From Malassezia furfur (taxonomy: Eukaryota), in assembly GCA_052055015.1 (NCBI GenBank), contig JBQJIT010000035.1: a stretch of DNA of 46,496 nt, one strand, 5' to 3'. The translations under genes and the position numbers were made by a program. This document shows, piece by piece, positions 1 to 8,811 of this stretch. The notes below the pieces were generated by a model, which was not told the origin of the DNA, made no database searches, and saw only the letters and a program-made list of their open reading frames with translations. Position 1 is the stretch's first letter; each line of letters opens with the position of its first letter.

Positions 1-1257
1 CCGCCTGCGAGCAGTACATGTGCGAGATCTGCTCGATGCCCGTGTCGTTGGTCAGCGCGGCGCCGAGAGCCGCACACCGCTCCAAGAGGCGCTCGACGGC
101 AGACACCGCCTCGCTGCCGATGCTCACCTTGTCGGCGCCCGCGCGGAAATAGGCGTGCGCGACGTCGAGCGCGGGGTGGAAGGTCCCGTCGGGGTCCGTA
201 AAGTCGCGGATCCCACCGCCGATCGTGAGCGGCACAAAGATGGTCGCCGCCGCGACGCGGAGCAGCGCAAGCATCGGCTGGTCGCCCAGCGCCCAGTTGC
301 GGAACGAGGTGATGTTGAGGAACGCCACCTCGTCGGCGCCCTCGGCGTAGTAGCGCTGGGCAAGCTCCACGGGCTTGCCCATGTTGCGCACTTCACCGCC
401 CGTGTCGCCGCTGCGCTCGCGCACGTCGTAACTCTCGCCCTTGGTCACGACCAGGTCGCCCTGGTCGTTGGAGCGCACATCCAGGCACGCCACGATGCGC
501 CGCGTCGGCAGCGCATACGCACTGTGCGGCACGAACGTGCGCGGCACACTCGCCAGCGGCTCCGTCTGCCGCAGCCATCCGTCGAGCACGGCCAGGCCGG
601 CCGCGCCGCTCTTTTCGGGGTGGAATTGCGTCGCAAACACGTTGTTGTGCTGCACCACGGACACATACGACTCGTCGCCGTACTGTGTCGTGCCCAGCGT
701 CCAGGGCGCCAGCTCGGGCGTGTAGGCGACGCGGTACGAATGCACAAAGTAGTACCACTCGTCCTTCTTCAGACCAAACGCCCGCGCCGCCGCGTCCTCG
801 CCCTCGGGCGCCTGCACCAGGCTCCAGCCGATGTGCGGCACGGCCTTTTTGTGCGTGTGCGTCGCGTCGTACTGCGCAAAGCGCTCGACGCGCGCCGGCA
901 CAATGCCGAGACCCGCGACGCCGGGCGACTCGTCCGAGCCCTCGAACAGCGCCTGCATCCCGACGCAGATGCCCATGTACGGCCGCCCGCTCGCGATGTA
1001 GGCGCGCAGCGGCTCGAGGTAGCCTTCTTGCGCAAGCGCGTTCATCGCCGTGCCAAACGCGCCGACGCCTGGAAAGAGCAGCTTCTGCAGGGTCAGTGCC
1101 TGTGCGCCGCACGTACATCGGCCTTGTCGATATCGGACGGGTCGCGCACCCACTGAAAGTGGTGACCGAGCCTCTCTAGGCTGTTCGCCAGGCTCTGGAT
1201 GTCTGTGTGAGCGGCGTGCGACCTACTTCCAGCGCCATAGTCGAGCAGGTACAGCAT
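1..1257 (-). CDS. HIS7: Imidazole glycerol phosphate synthase HisH-HisF fusion, 5' part; runs off the left edge. Introns 1203-1226 (24 nt) and 1085-1116 (32 nt)
   Basis: Spliced translation MLYLLDYGAGNIQSLANSLERLG...KLLFPGVGAFG, glutaminase motifs GICVG, HIGW and ATQFHPEKSG, then HisF start RIVACLDVRSNDQGDLVVTKG. Both GT-AG introns restore the frame. Confidence 0.95.
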
Positions 1258-1259
1258 GG

Positions 1260-1266
1260 TGAGTCA
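1260..1266. promoter_or_regulatory. Gcn4/CpcA-type site TGAGTCA immediately upstream of the HIS7 ATG
   Basis: Exact TGA(C/G)TCA heptamer. Histidine biosynthesis genes are classical Gcn4 targets. Confidence 0.5.
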
Positions 1267-1286
1267 GCTCGAAAACGAGCACGCGC

Positions 1287-1292
1287 CACGTG
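1287..1292. promoter_or_regulatory. CACGTG E-box in the 74-bp HIS7/PhoD bidirectional promoter
   Basis: Palindrome roughly midway between the divergent ATGs at 1257 and 1332. The same motif recurs in the other divergent promoters. Confidence 0.55.
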
Positions 1293-1331
1293 CGTCGGCG
1301 GTTTTCCCGACGACCCACGGACCACGCTGCG

Positions 1332-3578
1332 ATGGGCGCCAAACACAAGGGCCGCACGTACGCCGACGCGGCAAAGAAACGCGCGGACAACCAGCATGAC
1401 AAGGCAGAGACGCCGAAAAAGCACGGACACACTAAGCCTGCTGCAGCAGACGCGCCGGCCGACGGCGACTCGTTGCAGACGCCCGCCGACCTCAAGCGCG
1501 ATCTGCCGCACGACGCCGCGCACCTCTTGCGCGAGCCGCGGCTCGGCCAGGTCGCACTCACACTCCAGGTGATCAGCAGCATCCTGTTCCGTGCGCTCGT
1601 GTTTGTGTTCCTGCGTATCATCCCGGGCCGCGCGGGCTTCTATGCCCTGCACCTGTACGCCGCCTACCTCGTCAGCTGGGCGCTGTACGAACTCAGCCTG
1701 CGCGCGCGGCACCACGAAGCGCCGCGCCCGGGCGCCAAAACGCTCGTCACCTCGCTGCTTCTCGGGCGCTCGACGCGCAACCGCCGCGTGAATGTCGCCC
1801 AGCTCGCGATCCACACCCTCTTGCTGGTGCTGTTCCTGGACAGTTACTTCTCGCCGTACATGTTCCCCTCGTACCGCGATGCGCACCTGCGCTTTGCGCG
1901 TATGGGTGCACTGAGCCCGACGACCGCTAAGCTGCACGTCCGCTACCCCCACCCTCTGCCTGCGCTCAACGGGCTGTGGGAGAGTGACATCGAGTCGGGT
2001 GTGCTGCAGGACGCGGCGCAGCTCGAGGCGCCCGTGCGCGTCGTTTGGCGCGCTGCACCCGAGGCGGAATCGAGCCCGGCCGAGGCACTGCGTACAAGCG
2101 CCGCGCTGCGCAACGCGCGCCGCTGGGAGCGTGGGCCGCTACTGCACCTCTCGGCGGACACCGACTGGACGGCGACGGCGACGCTCGAGGACCTGTGGCC
2201 CGCGACGCGCTACGAGTGGCGCCTCGCGTTTGTGCACAACAACACGTTTGCGCCGCTGCCGGAGCGGCCCGTGTCGTTCGTCACATGGCCGGACCCGCGG
2301 CTGTCTGCATACCTCAAAACCAAGCCGACCGAGCGCACAGCGCAGGTGCCGCTGGACAATCCGAACCACTTCCGGTTCGCGACGACGTCGTGCATCAAGC
2401 CCGACTTCCCGTACAACCCGGCGCAGTTTTGGGGCTGGAACTGGCTCCTGAAGCTGCTCGGCATCGGCAACGAAGTCGGCGGCATCGCACAACGGAACCG
2501 CATCCGCGGCTTCGACCTGATGGCCGACCGCCTTATCCAGAATGGCCGTGCGAGCATCCGCTTCTTGCTGGAGCTCGGTGACCTGATCTATGCGGACGTG
2601 CCACGGTACGAGGGGCCGTCGATCCGCGCGTACCGCAAGCTCTACCGCAACCTGTTCGCATCCAAGTCGTTCCAGCGCGTCTTCTCGCGGATCCCCATCA
2701 TTGGCATCTACGACGACCACGAGATCGTGAACAACTGGAGCGGCGGAGGGTACGGTGCCGAGGACGCGTCGCCCGACAAGGACGTCGTGCGCGACTATGA
2801 GCAACACCCGTCGCCTCCGCCGGGCCTCCCCGCGGGGCTGCAGGCCTGGTCGGAGTACATGGGGAACGCGAACCCCTCGGCGGTGCACCAGGGCGAACAC
2901 TACTTCACCTTCAACTACGGCGACACCGCCTTCTTTGTGATGGACACGCGCAAGCACCGCGTGCATCCGAGCTATCCGGGCGAGGAGCGCACCACGCTCG
3001 GCGTCCAGCAGCGTGCGGCGCTGCTTTCGTGGCTCAGCGAGGTGAACCACACGGCCACATTCAAGTTCCTTGTGTCCTCAGTGCCTTTCACCTCTCTGTG
3101 GGGCGGCCCGCTCGACTTTGACGGGCGCAAGGATGGCTGGTCGGCGTACCCTGAGGAGCGCCATGCGCTTCTCGACGTCCTCCAGTACGTGCCGAACGTG
3201 ATCATCCTGAGCGGTGACCGCCACGAGTTTGCCTCGGTGAGTTTCCGCGATTCGGTGGTCGAGTTCAGCACGAGCCCCTTGTCTATGTTCTACATTCCCA
3301 TCCGCACGCTCGCCCAGGAGCACTCGATCGATCCGCCGGGCCAGGAGCTGCTGCTGAAATACCTCCCGGACGGCAATCACAAGTGGACCGAGTTTGAGGT
3401 GGACACGCGCAGTCCTTCGGAACCGGCCGTGTATGCCACGGTCATGGTCGACGGAAAGGAGGCATGGCGCCTGACGGTCATGGGCCGCCCCATTCGGCGG
3501 TCGCAGGGCGCGCTGGGCTCGCTGGCCAAGAGCCTCATGGAGCTGCTGGGTTTCCGGAATCTGCGTTGGTTTGATTAA
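1332..3578 (+). CDS. PhoD-like alkaline phosphatase/phosphodiesterase with N-terminal transmembrane segments
   Basis: Motifs GDLIYAD, DDHEIVNNW, MDTR, DGW and LSGDRH typical of the PhoD metallophosphoesterase family. Hydrophobic helices near the N-terminus. First ATG at 1332. Confidence 0.85.
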   Translation: MGAKHKGRTYADAAKKRADNQHDKAETPKKHGHTKPAAADAPADGDSLQTPADLKRDLPHDAAHLLREPRLGQVALTLQVISSILFRALVFVFLRIIPGRAGFYALHLYAAYLVSWALYELSLRARHHEAPRPGAKTLVTSLLLGRSTRNRRVNVAQLAIHTLLLVLFLDSYFSPYMFPSYRDAHLRFARMGALSPTTAKLHVRYPHPLPALNGLWESDIESGVLQDAAQLEAPVRVVWRAAPEAESSPAEALRTSAALRNARRWERGPLLHLSADTDWTATATLEDLWPATRYEWRLAFVHNNTFAPLPERPVSFVTWPDPRLSAYLKTKPTERTAQVPLDNPNHFRFATTSCIKPDFPYNPAQFWGWNWLLKLLGIGNEVGGIAQRNRIRGFDLMADRLIQNGRASIRFLLELGDLIYADVPRYEGPSIRAYRKLYRNLFASKSFQRVFSRIPIIGIYDDHEIVNNWSGGGYGAEDASPDKDVVRDYEQHPSPPPGLPAGLQAWSEYMGNANPSAVHQGEHYFTFNYGDTAFFVMDTRKHRVHPSYPGEERTTLGVQQRAALLSWLSEVNHTATFKFLVSSVPFTSLWGGPLDFDGRKDGWSAYPEERHALLDVLQYVPNVIILSGDRHEFASVSFRDSVVEFSTSPLSMFYIPIRTLAQEHSIDPPGQELLLKYLPDGNHKWTEFEVDTRSPSEPAVYATVMVDGKEAWRLTVMGRPIRRSQGALGSLAKSLMELLGFRNLRWFD

Positions 3579-3737
3579 TGTAGACGCATCGGTAACACCA
3601 CCTAATTGCTTTTCGCTCGCGACGCTACGAGCCCTTTGGCATACGACAACACGTACACAGTCACACCGTGGTCGCCTGGCACCGTGCGAAGAGGTCTGGT
3701 TCATATAGGATCTGACAGGAGGCTCTGTCAGAACAAA

Positions 3738-3837
3738 TCCCGGCTAGCTCAGTCGGTAGAGCGTCAGACTCTTAAAAGAGTCTCTTCGGTTACGAAGAGT
3801 TATCTGAATGTCGTGGGTTCGAGCCCCACGTTGGGAG
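3738..3837 (+). tRNA. tRNA-Lys(CTT) with a 27-nt intron (3775-3801)
   Basis: Acceptor stem TCCCGGC/GTTGGGA, A-box TAGCTCAGTCGG, anticodon stem TCAGA/TCTGA with CTT at 3771-3773, T-loop GGTTCGAGCC. Mature length 73 nt. Confidence 0.93.
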
Positions 3838-3844
3838 TTTTTTT
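3838..3844 (+). terminator. RNA polymerase III oligo-T terminator
   Basis: T7 run directly after the tRNA discriminator base. Confidence 0.8.
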
Positions 3845-3955
3845 GGAATCCTCCATATTTCGGTCAGCGCCACTCGCGCATGCATTCGTACCCACAGGTA
3901 TCATGATTGTGGTCTCTACTATCACCTGAAATAGTATTTTGCGTGTTCTCGCATC

Positions 3956-4660
3956 CTAAATACGAACACTGGCGTTGGCACGGTTCACCGTGCCGATCTT
4001 GTGCGCCTCGTCCTTGCGAGAAAGCACAGAGCTGTTGCCTTCCAGTACAGCAAGCATCTCCACAGCCAGACGGTGGCTAATCGAACGGTCCGCCCTCCGA
4101 CGACTTGCTTCGATGATCCACATGATCGCACGGCGCGTGCTCTGTCGCGCATTCAACGGAATGGGAACCTGCATCGTTTTCCCGCCCTGTTTGCGCGACT
4201 GCATGCGCAAAATGGGCTTGGCAAGCTCCACAGCTTCATAGACGAGCGGAAGTGGGTCCGAGTTGGTCAGTTTGGCCATGTCTGCAAGCATCCCAGCAAC
4301 AAAGCGCTCGGCAGTCGCCTTTTTTCCATCCCGCATCAGCAGGTTGACCATGAACTGAAGCAGTGGATCTTGCCGCGGAGGCAACGTGTCCAATGTATAT
4401 GTAAACGATGTCTTCGAGACCGTCTGAGTCGATGGCGAGCTATTGTTGAAGGAAATAGACTTGCCCGCATTCAGCCCCGTCTTGGGTGCGCCCTCCTGCG
4501 TACTGGCCTCCGCTGCCAGTCGCGCAACACTGTTTGTGGAAAACGAAGCGACGCGACCAACAGCGGCAACGTGCGACACACACGTCACTTGTGCCACAGG
4601 GGAAACAGCCTTCCACATGGCTGGAATGCGACGGCTTTGCGCAGCGACGCCCGTCAGCAT
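3956..4660 (-). CDS. RSM7: Mitochondrial ribosomal protein uS7m
   Basis: Arg/Ser/Ala-rich presequence followed by the S7 core (FMVNLLMRDGKKATAER, AIMWII, HKIGTVNRANA). Confidence 0.9.
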   Translation of the reverse strand: MLTGVAAQSRRIPAMWKAVSPVAQVTCVSHVAAVGRVASFSTNSVARLAAEASTQEGAPKTGLNAGKSISFNNSSPSTQTVSKTSFTYTLDTLPPRQDPLLQFMVNLLMRDGKKATAERFVAGMLADMAKLTNSDPLPLVYEAVELAKPILRMQSRKQGGKTMQVPIPLNARQSTRRAIMWIIEASRRRADRSISHRLAVEMLAVLEGNSSVLSRKDEAHKIGTVNRANASVRI

Positions 4661-4698
4661 TGTGCGAAAAGGCGTATGGCGGTGGCAGCAGAGTCGGT

Positions 4699-4704
4699 CA
4701 CGTG
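4699..4704. promoter_or_regulatory. GTCACGTG E-box in the 84-bp RSM7/hypothetical bidirectional promoter
   Basis: 38 and 40 bp from the two divergent ATGs. Matches the Cbf1-type RTCACGTG. Confidence 0.55.
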
Positions 4705-4744
4705 GCAACACCTCCACCGCTTCTTCCCTTCATTGCGTTTGAGA

Positions 4745-5335
4745 ATGGCCCCCGACGAGGTTCCTGGACGGCCACGCCCCGGCCCACCGCCGCCTAGACC
4801 TCCATTTAGTGCTCCCACGGATGCGAGGTACGATGGACCACCCCCGTGGTCGGGTGCAGGCCAAGAGCCACGGAGCGCTCCTGTCCGTCCTCCACCTCCC
4901 TACGGTCCCCCGCGCCCTAGGAACAGCCGCTGGGATGCTCCGCCGCCCCGAGTATCCAGTGGTCCACCGCCCGGAAGTGTGGATGCTCCGCCTCGTCCAC
5001 CTTCTCTGATACCCCGTGCGCCTCCTCGTACACAAATTGCCCCTGAGCTCATGACAGAGGTACGATTACCGGTGCTGACGCAGATTGCGGATATTCGGTC
5101 TCAGCGTATGCAGACAATCCGGTCACACTATCTTGTGACGAGCAAGTCGGCGTCTGGAAGCGCTACGATTCCTCCGCATTTCTCTCTTCAAAGCTCACTG
5201 ATGGAGTTGAGTGATGCCGAGCTCGAGTCAAGCGCGATGCATGCACGAACCGAATTCCTTGAAGCGTCCCTTGTCCGCACTCAGGAAGATGCCTTTGCGT
5301 ACTCGGCAGTGACCAGTGCGACGCAGCATGCCTAA
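4745..5335 (+). CDS. Hypothetical protein, Pro/Arg-rich N-terminus and helical C-terminus (196 aa)
   Basis: ATG at 4745 (MAPDEVPGRPRPG...) divergent from RSM7. The upstream part of the track ORF 4001-5335 is antisense shadow of RSM7. No family recognised. Confidence 0.65.
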   Translation: MAPDEVPGRPRPGPPPPRPPFSAPTDARYDGPPPWSGAGQEPRSAPVRPPPPYGPPRPRNSRWDAPPPRVSSGPPPGSVDAPPRPPSLIPRAPPRTQIAPELMTEVRLPVLTQIADIRSQRMQTIRSHYLVTSKSASGSATIPPHFSLQSSLMELSDAELESSAMHARTEFLEASLVRTQEDAFAYSAVTSATQHA

Positions 5336-6264
5336 GGAAGGCGCCTGTTTTTTGATACCATCTTCATTGTGTCTAGTTTCATTGCAACATGTATACTATA
5401 GGTTTGATCTCTGTGCAGTGTACAGGGCTAACTGGAACTGGATGCGCGGCTCTTGCATGCCCACTTATTTCGAGCTTAGACGTTCTTGTACCCTTGCACA
5501 CAAAACCTAATTTGATCGACCGGTCCCGCCTGGTGTCGCCGGCGCTGTCATCTGTAACGGCGCCTATTTTTATTCCTTGTGCCTATCGTACATAGTTAAC
5601 ATATACTCTAAGAATGAAGGTGATACAAAACCCTTAGCATATCTTAACTGCGCCGCCTTTGCTGTGTTACCCTGCTACAGATGGGGTAATTTCCTATTTC
5701 GACACCATTCCTATTTCCACTCGGTGTCAGGTAGAGTTATCGAGGGACATGCCCCCCCGATCATGCTTTTTTGAAAAAAAAAAAATAAGCACAGACCGCC
5801 CTGATCGCCGCATGCACGGCTCGGCCTCTTTCGGGTGGGTCCGCCGGCGCCGTGCGGAGGTAAGTCGATCTACCTAGGCGCATTTATCACGCCCATCCCC
5901 AAAACTAGTTCTGTGGAGACGCTGACCGATCGCGTATATTTGACAGGCGCGGTATTGGAAATGACATCACACTGCATTCGGCGCTATATTTAAGCTACCA
6001 ATTTCCGGAGCGATTCCTACATAGCCAATCATAGCGTGACCCCCTGCAAGAGATTTGCACGCCTCGATGAATCCAAGGTGTTGCTTGGTAAGCAAATTGC
6101 AGTGGGGTCGTACTGGGGCAACGCGACCCGCGCACGCACTGTGCGAGCAGGAAGCATCGTAACATTCTGGTGATCAACTTTACGTTTTACGGCAATTCGA
6201 GGAGCTAGTGCTTTAAGCTGGAGCTAGTTCTGTGTCGCATAACCAGAGATTAGTCCTGTCCAGG

Positions 6265-7426
6265 ATGTCATTTGTCTTCCCGGATCTGCCAGCGTGGTTC
6301 CTGGACGAAACGCCCACGTATCAATATGTACGTGTCACCCGACCTCGGGGACTCTACTAACACACCTTTGCAGTCAGCGCATACGCGATCTACCGTTTTA
6401 GACCCGCTCCAAGCAACGAATACATATGAGGCAACATCTGCATACGATTCCGAAAGCTTAAAGGCTTTGACGAGCTTGGATCGCTTGACCGCACCTGCGA
6501 CCAACTCGGCTCTGTTTCCGTATGGCACGGACGCGAATCTATGGCAAGATCGCACCATGCCAGGCATGGCATGGACGCCTATGGGCATGGGGGGAACCGC
6601 CCCCTATGCAGTCACTGGCGATGGCCCGATGGCGCCGCATTTGTCCGTGTCTCCGCTGCTTACCAATGGAGGTATGGCTTACGGAGTGCCGGTGATGCCA
6701 ACGGCGCCAATGGCTATGCGCCAGCCGTATACAATGGGTTATCCGATGCCCGTTGCGCCGGTGCCTGTGCGTGTGCCTGGCGTGCCGGATGAAGAGGGTT
6801 CTTTTCCAGTATTGAACACCTTTGTCGACTCGGCCTCGAACCCGACTTCGGACGCGTCGCGTGCGTCGCTGCTGCAAGACTCTCCCTTCCAGCCCGATGA
6901 CACTGAGACTGTCACGCAGTCCACTTATTCGACGCCACAGGCGCTGTATGAGACAAGTGCGGCCTATCCTGGCGCCGTCGGTCTACGAGGGACGACTGTA
7001 CCGAGCCGATCGCGCTCGCCGTCTCCCAGGTGGGCGACGTCATCATCACGATGGGACGAGCATGGCAATACTTCCCTCATGGATTTTTCCAAGCGTGGCG
7101 ACACTTCTGCCACATCCAAATCGCGACCGTTTGTGTGTTCCTACTGTTCGCGAGCGTTTGCTCGCAAGCATGACCTGGAGCGCCATGCGCGCGTTCACGT
7201 ACGTATGGTTACGTGTGCTGACCACAGTCGGGCGATCGTCCGTACGTTTGTTCCGAGTGCAAAAAAGGCTTTCCGCGGAGCGATGCGCTGCGGCGCCACA
7301 TGTACGTACTGGATGCGCGGTCTGTGTGCTAACGCCAGGCGTGTAGAGCATGGAACCTCGAGCCCCGGTGGACGCGGGACGTCTCCCGGCGAGCCGGGAT
7401 CTACGCGGCACGATGAAGAGGGTTGA
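6265..7426 (+). CDS. Two-finger C2H2 zinc-finger transcription factor. Introns 6328-6373, 7199-7227, 7302-7338
   Basis: Spliced fingers FVCSYCSRAFARKHDLERHARVH-SGDRPY-VCSECKKGFPRSDALRRHMRVEH. All three introns have GTACGT donors, CTRAC branch points and CAG acceptors. Confidence 0.88.
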
Positions 7427-7501
7427 AGGCGAGACGTCGTTAATACCTCACCTCTCTTCTGGCATGCTGCATTGTACTATAATGATGCCCTTCCCTATGA
7501 T

Positions 7502-8737
7502 TCATTTCCCCTCCAGGCGCGACAGGTCCAGGCGCGAGTCTTTTGCTAGGATTTCCGGCGTGAGCACCGAGTCACGGACTTTGAGTAGCTCCTTAAAGGA
7601 GTGCTTGATGGTGACATCCGATACATGCTTGATGGTGACATCCGATACACCCGCTGCAATGGAAATGCGCCTGGCTGTCCGCTGCTCACTGACTAGCATT
7701 GTAACAAGGTAGATAGAGGCCGCCGCGATGGTGATTGGGGAGCGGCCGGCCAAGTAACCGAGATCATGGATCCGATTGGTGATGGCCTCCGTCACCCGCA
7801 CAATCGACATGTCCAGGCCCAGGTGGTTGCAGTAGCGCGCCACCAGGTCCGTCGCACCCACTGCGAGCCCGAGCGGCGTGCCGCTGCCCGACGTGCCCGG
7901 CCCAGGCCCAGCGTCGGCGTGCGCGTCTTCGGCGCCCTCCACCGAGCCCATGCCCGTCGCGTTCAGACCGAACGCGTCGCGCATCTCGCGGAAGCACCGC
8001 GCAACTTGAGCTTTCTTCGCCGAGGTCAGCGCACACACCTCGGGGAAGGTGCGCGGCACGCGGTTGACTCGGCACGCGACATAGATGGCTGCGGCAATGA
8101 TAGCGTCGGTGTGCTTCCCACGCAGCAGCTTCTCCTGGTCCACGCGGCGGTACGCCTGCTTCGCCGTGTCGCACACGGTGCGCGGCAGATGGATGCTGTC
8201 GCACTTGTTTTGGATCGAGTCGAAGGCGTCTAGCAGCGAGCGGTCGCGTGTGGCATAGGTGCGCGACATGGTGCGCATCAGGTCGCGCGACGTCCCTGTG
8301 CCGCCATCACGCGTCCCTATGCGGCTCTCCAGTTGCTCGGTGATACCATCGAGGATGGGGTTCGATGCGCTGCCCACACGCGATGGATCGTCGCCGTCCT
8401 CGTTGGCAAACGTACGCCACTCGCTGCGCGTATCGACAATGCGGTCGCCCAGCACGAGCCCACAGTCTGCACACACCAAATCACCACTCGCAAACTCCTC
8501 TGTGATGTTCGGCGGGACCGTCTGGCACTCGGGGCACATGAGACGCACGTTGAGGTCCGGCAGGAACTGCTTTGGCGCCTTGCGCTGCTGGTTGCGCGCA
8601 GCGAGCGCCTCGGCCTCGACCAGCCCATGGTGTGCCGCACGTTCTGCACGCTCCGCAGCAAACCGCGGAGTGATCGCGAAAGCGTCCGAGAGCGACGGCG
8701 GCGCGGCGGGCGCCCGCGACTCCGACTCGGACGCCAT
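7502..8737 (-). CDS. SUA7: General transcription factor TFIIB
   Basis: Zn ribbon CPEC...CADCG, B-reader SEWRTF...DPSRVG, two cyclin repeats (AAAIYVACR...PRTFPEV; GRSPITIAAASIY). Confidence 0.96.
   Translation of the reverse strand: MASESESRAPAAPPSLSDAFAITPRFAAERAERAAHHGLVEAEALAARNQQRKAPKQFLPDLNVRLMCPECQTVPPNITEEFASGDLVCADCGLVLGDRIVDTRSEWRTFANEDGDDPSRVGSASNPILDGITEQLESRIGTRDGGTGTSRDLMRTMSRTYATRDRSLLDAFDSIQNKCDSIHLPRTVCDTAKQAYRRVDQEKLLRGKHTDAIIAAAIYVACRVNRVPRTFPEVCALTSAKKAQVARCFREMRDAFGLNATGMGSVEGAEDAHADAGPGPGTSGSGTPLGLAVGATDLVARYCNHLGLDMSIVRVTEAITNRIHDLGYLAGRSPITIAAASIYLVTMLVSEQRTARRISIAAGVSDVTIKHVSDVTIKHSFKELLKVRDSVLTPEILAKDSRLDLSRLEGK
7602..7649. repeat. Exact 24-bp tandem duplication inside TFIIB (VSDVTIKH x2)
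   Basis: tgcttgatggtgacatccgataca at 7602-7625 and again at 7626-7649. Confidence 0.95.
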
Positions 8738-8774
8738 GGTCGGGGATCGAAGGTGGAGGCGTGTCCGATCCCCC

Positions 8775-8780
8775 CACGTG
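8775..8780. promoter_or_regulatory. CACGTG E-box in the 74-bp SUA7/NUP84 bidirectional promoter
   Basis: 37 and 31 bp from the divergent ATGs at 8737 and 8812. Confidence 0.55.
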
Positions 8781-8811
8781 GCCCATCGGCGCAGGGTGGG
8801 TTGCACCCGCG

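Noticed and set aside
7605..7649. TFIIB duplication as a newly created GT...AG intron
   Set aside because: The donor GTATCG lacks the +5 G seen in the other introns, and removing 21 nt would still leave one extra residue.
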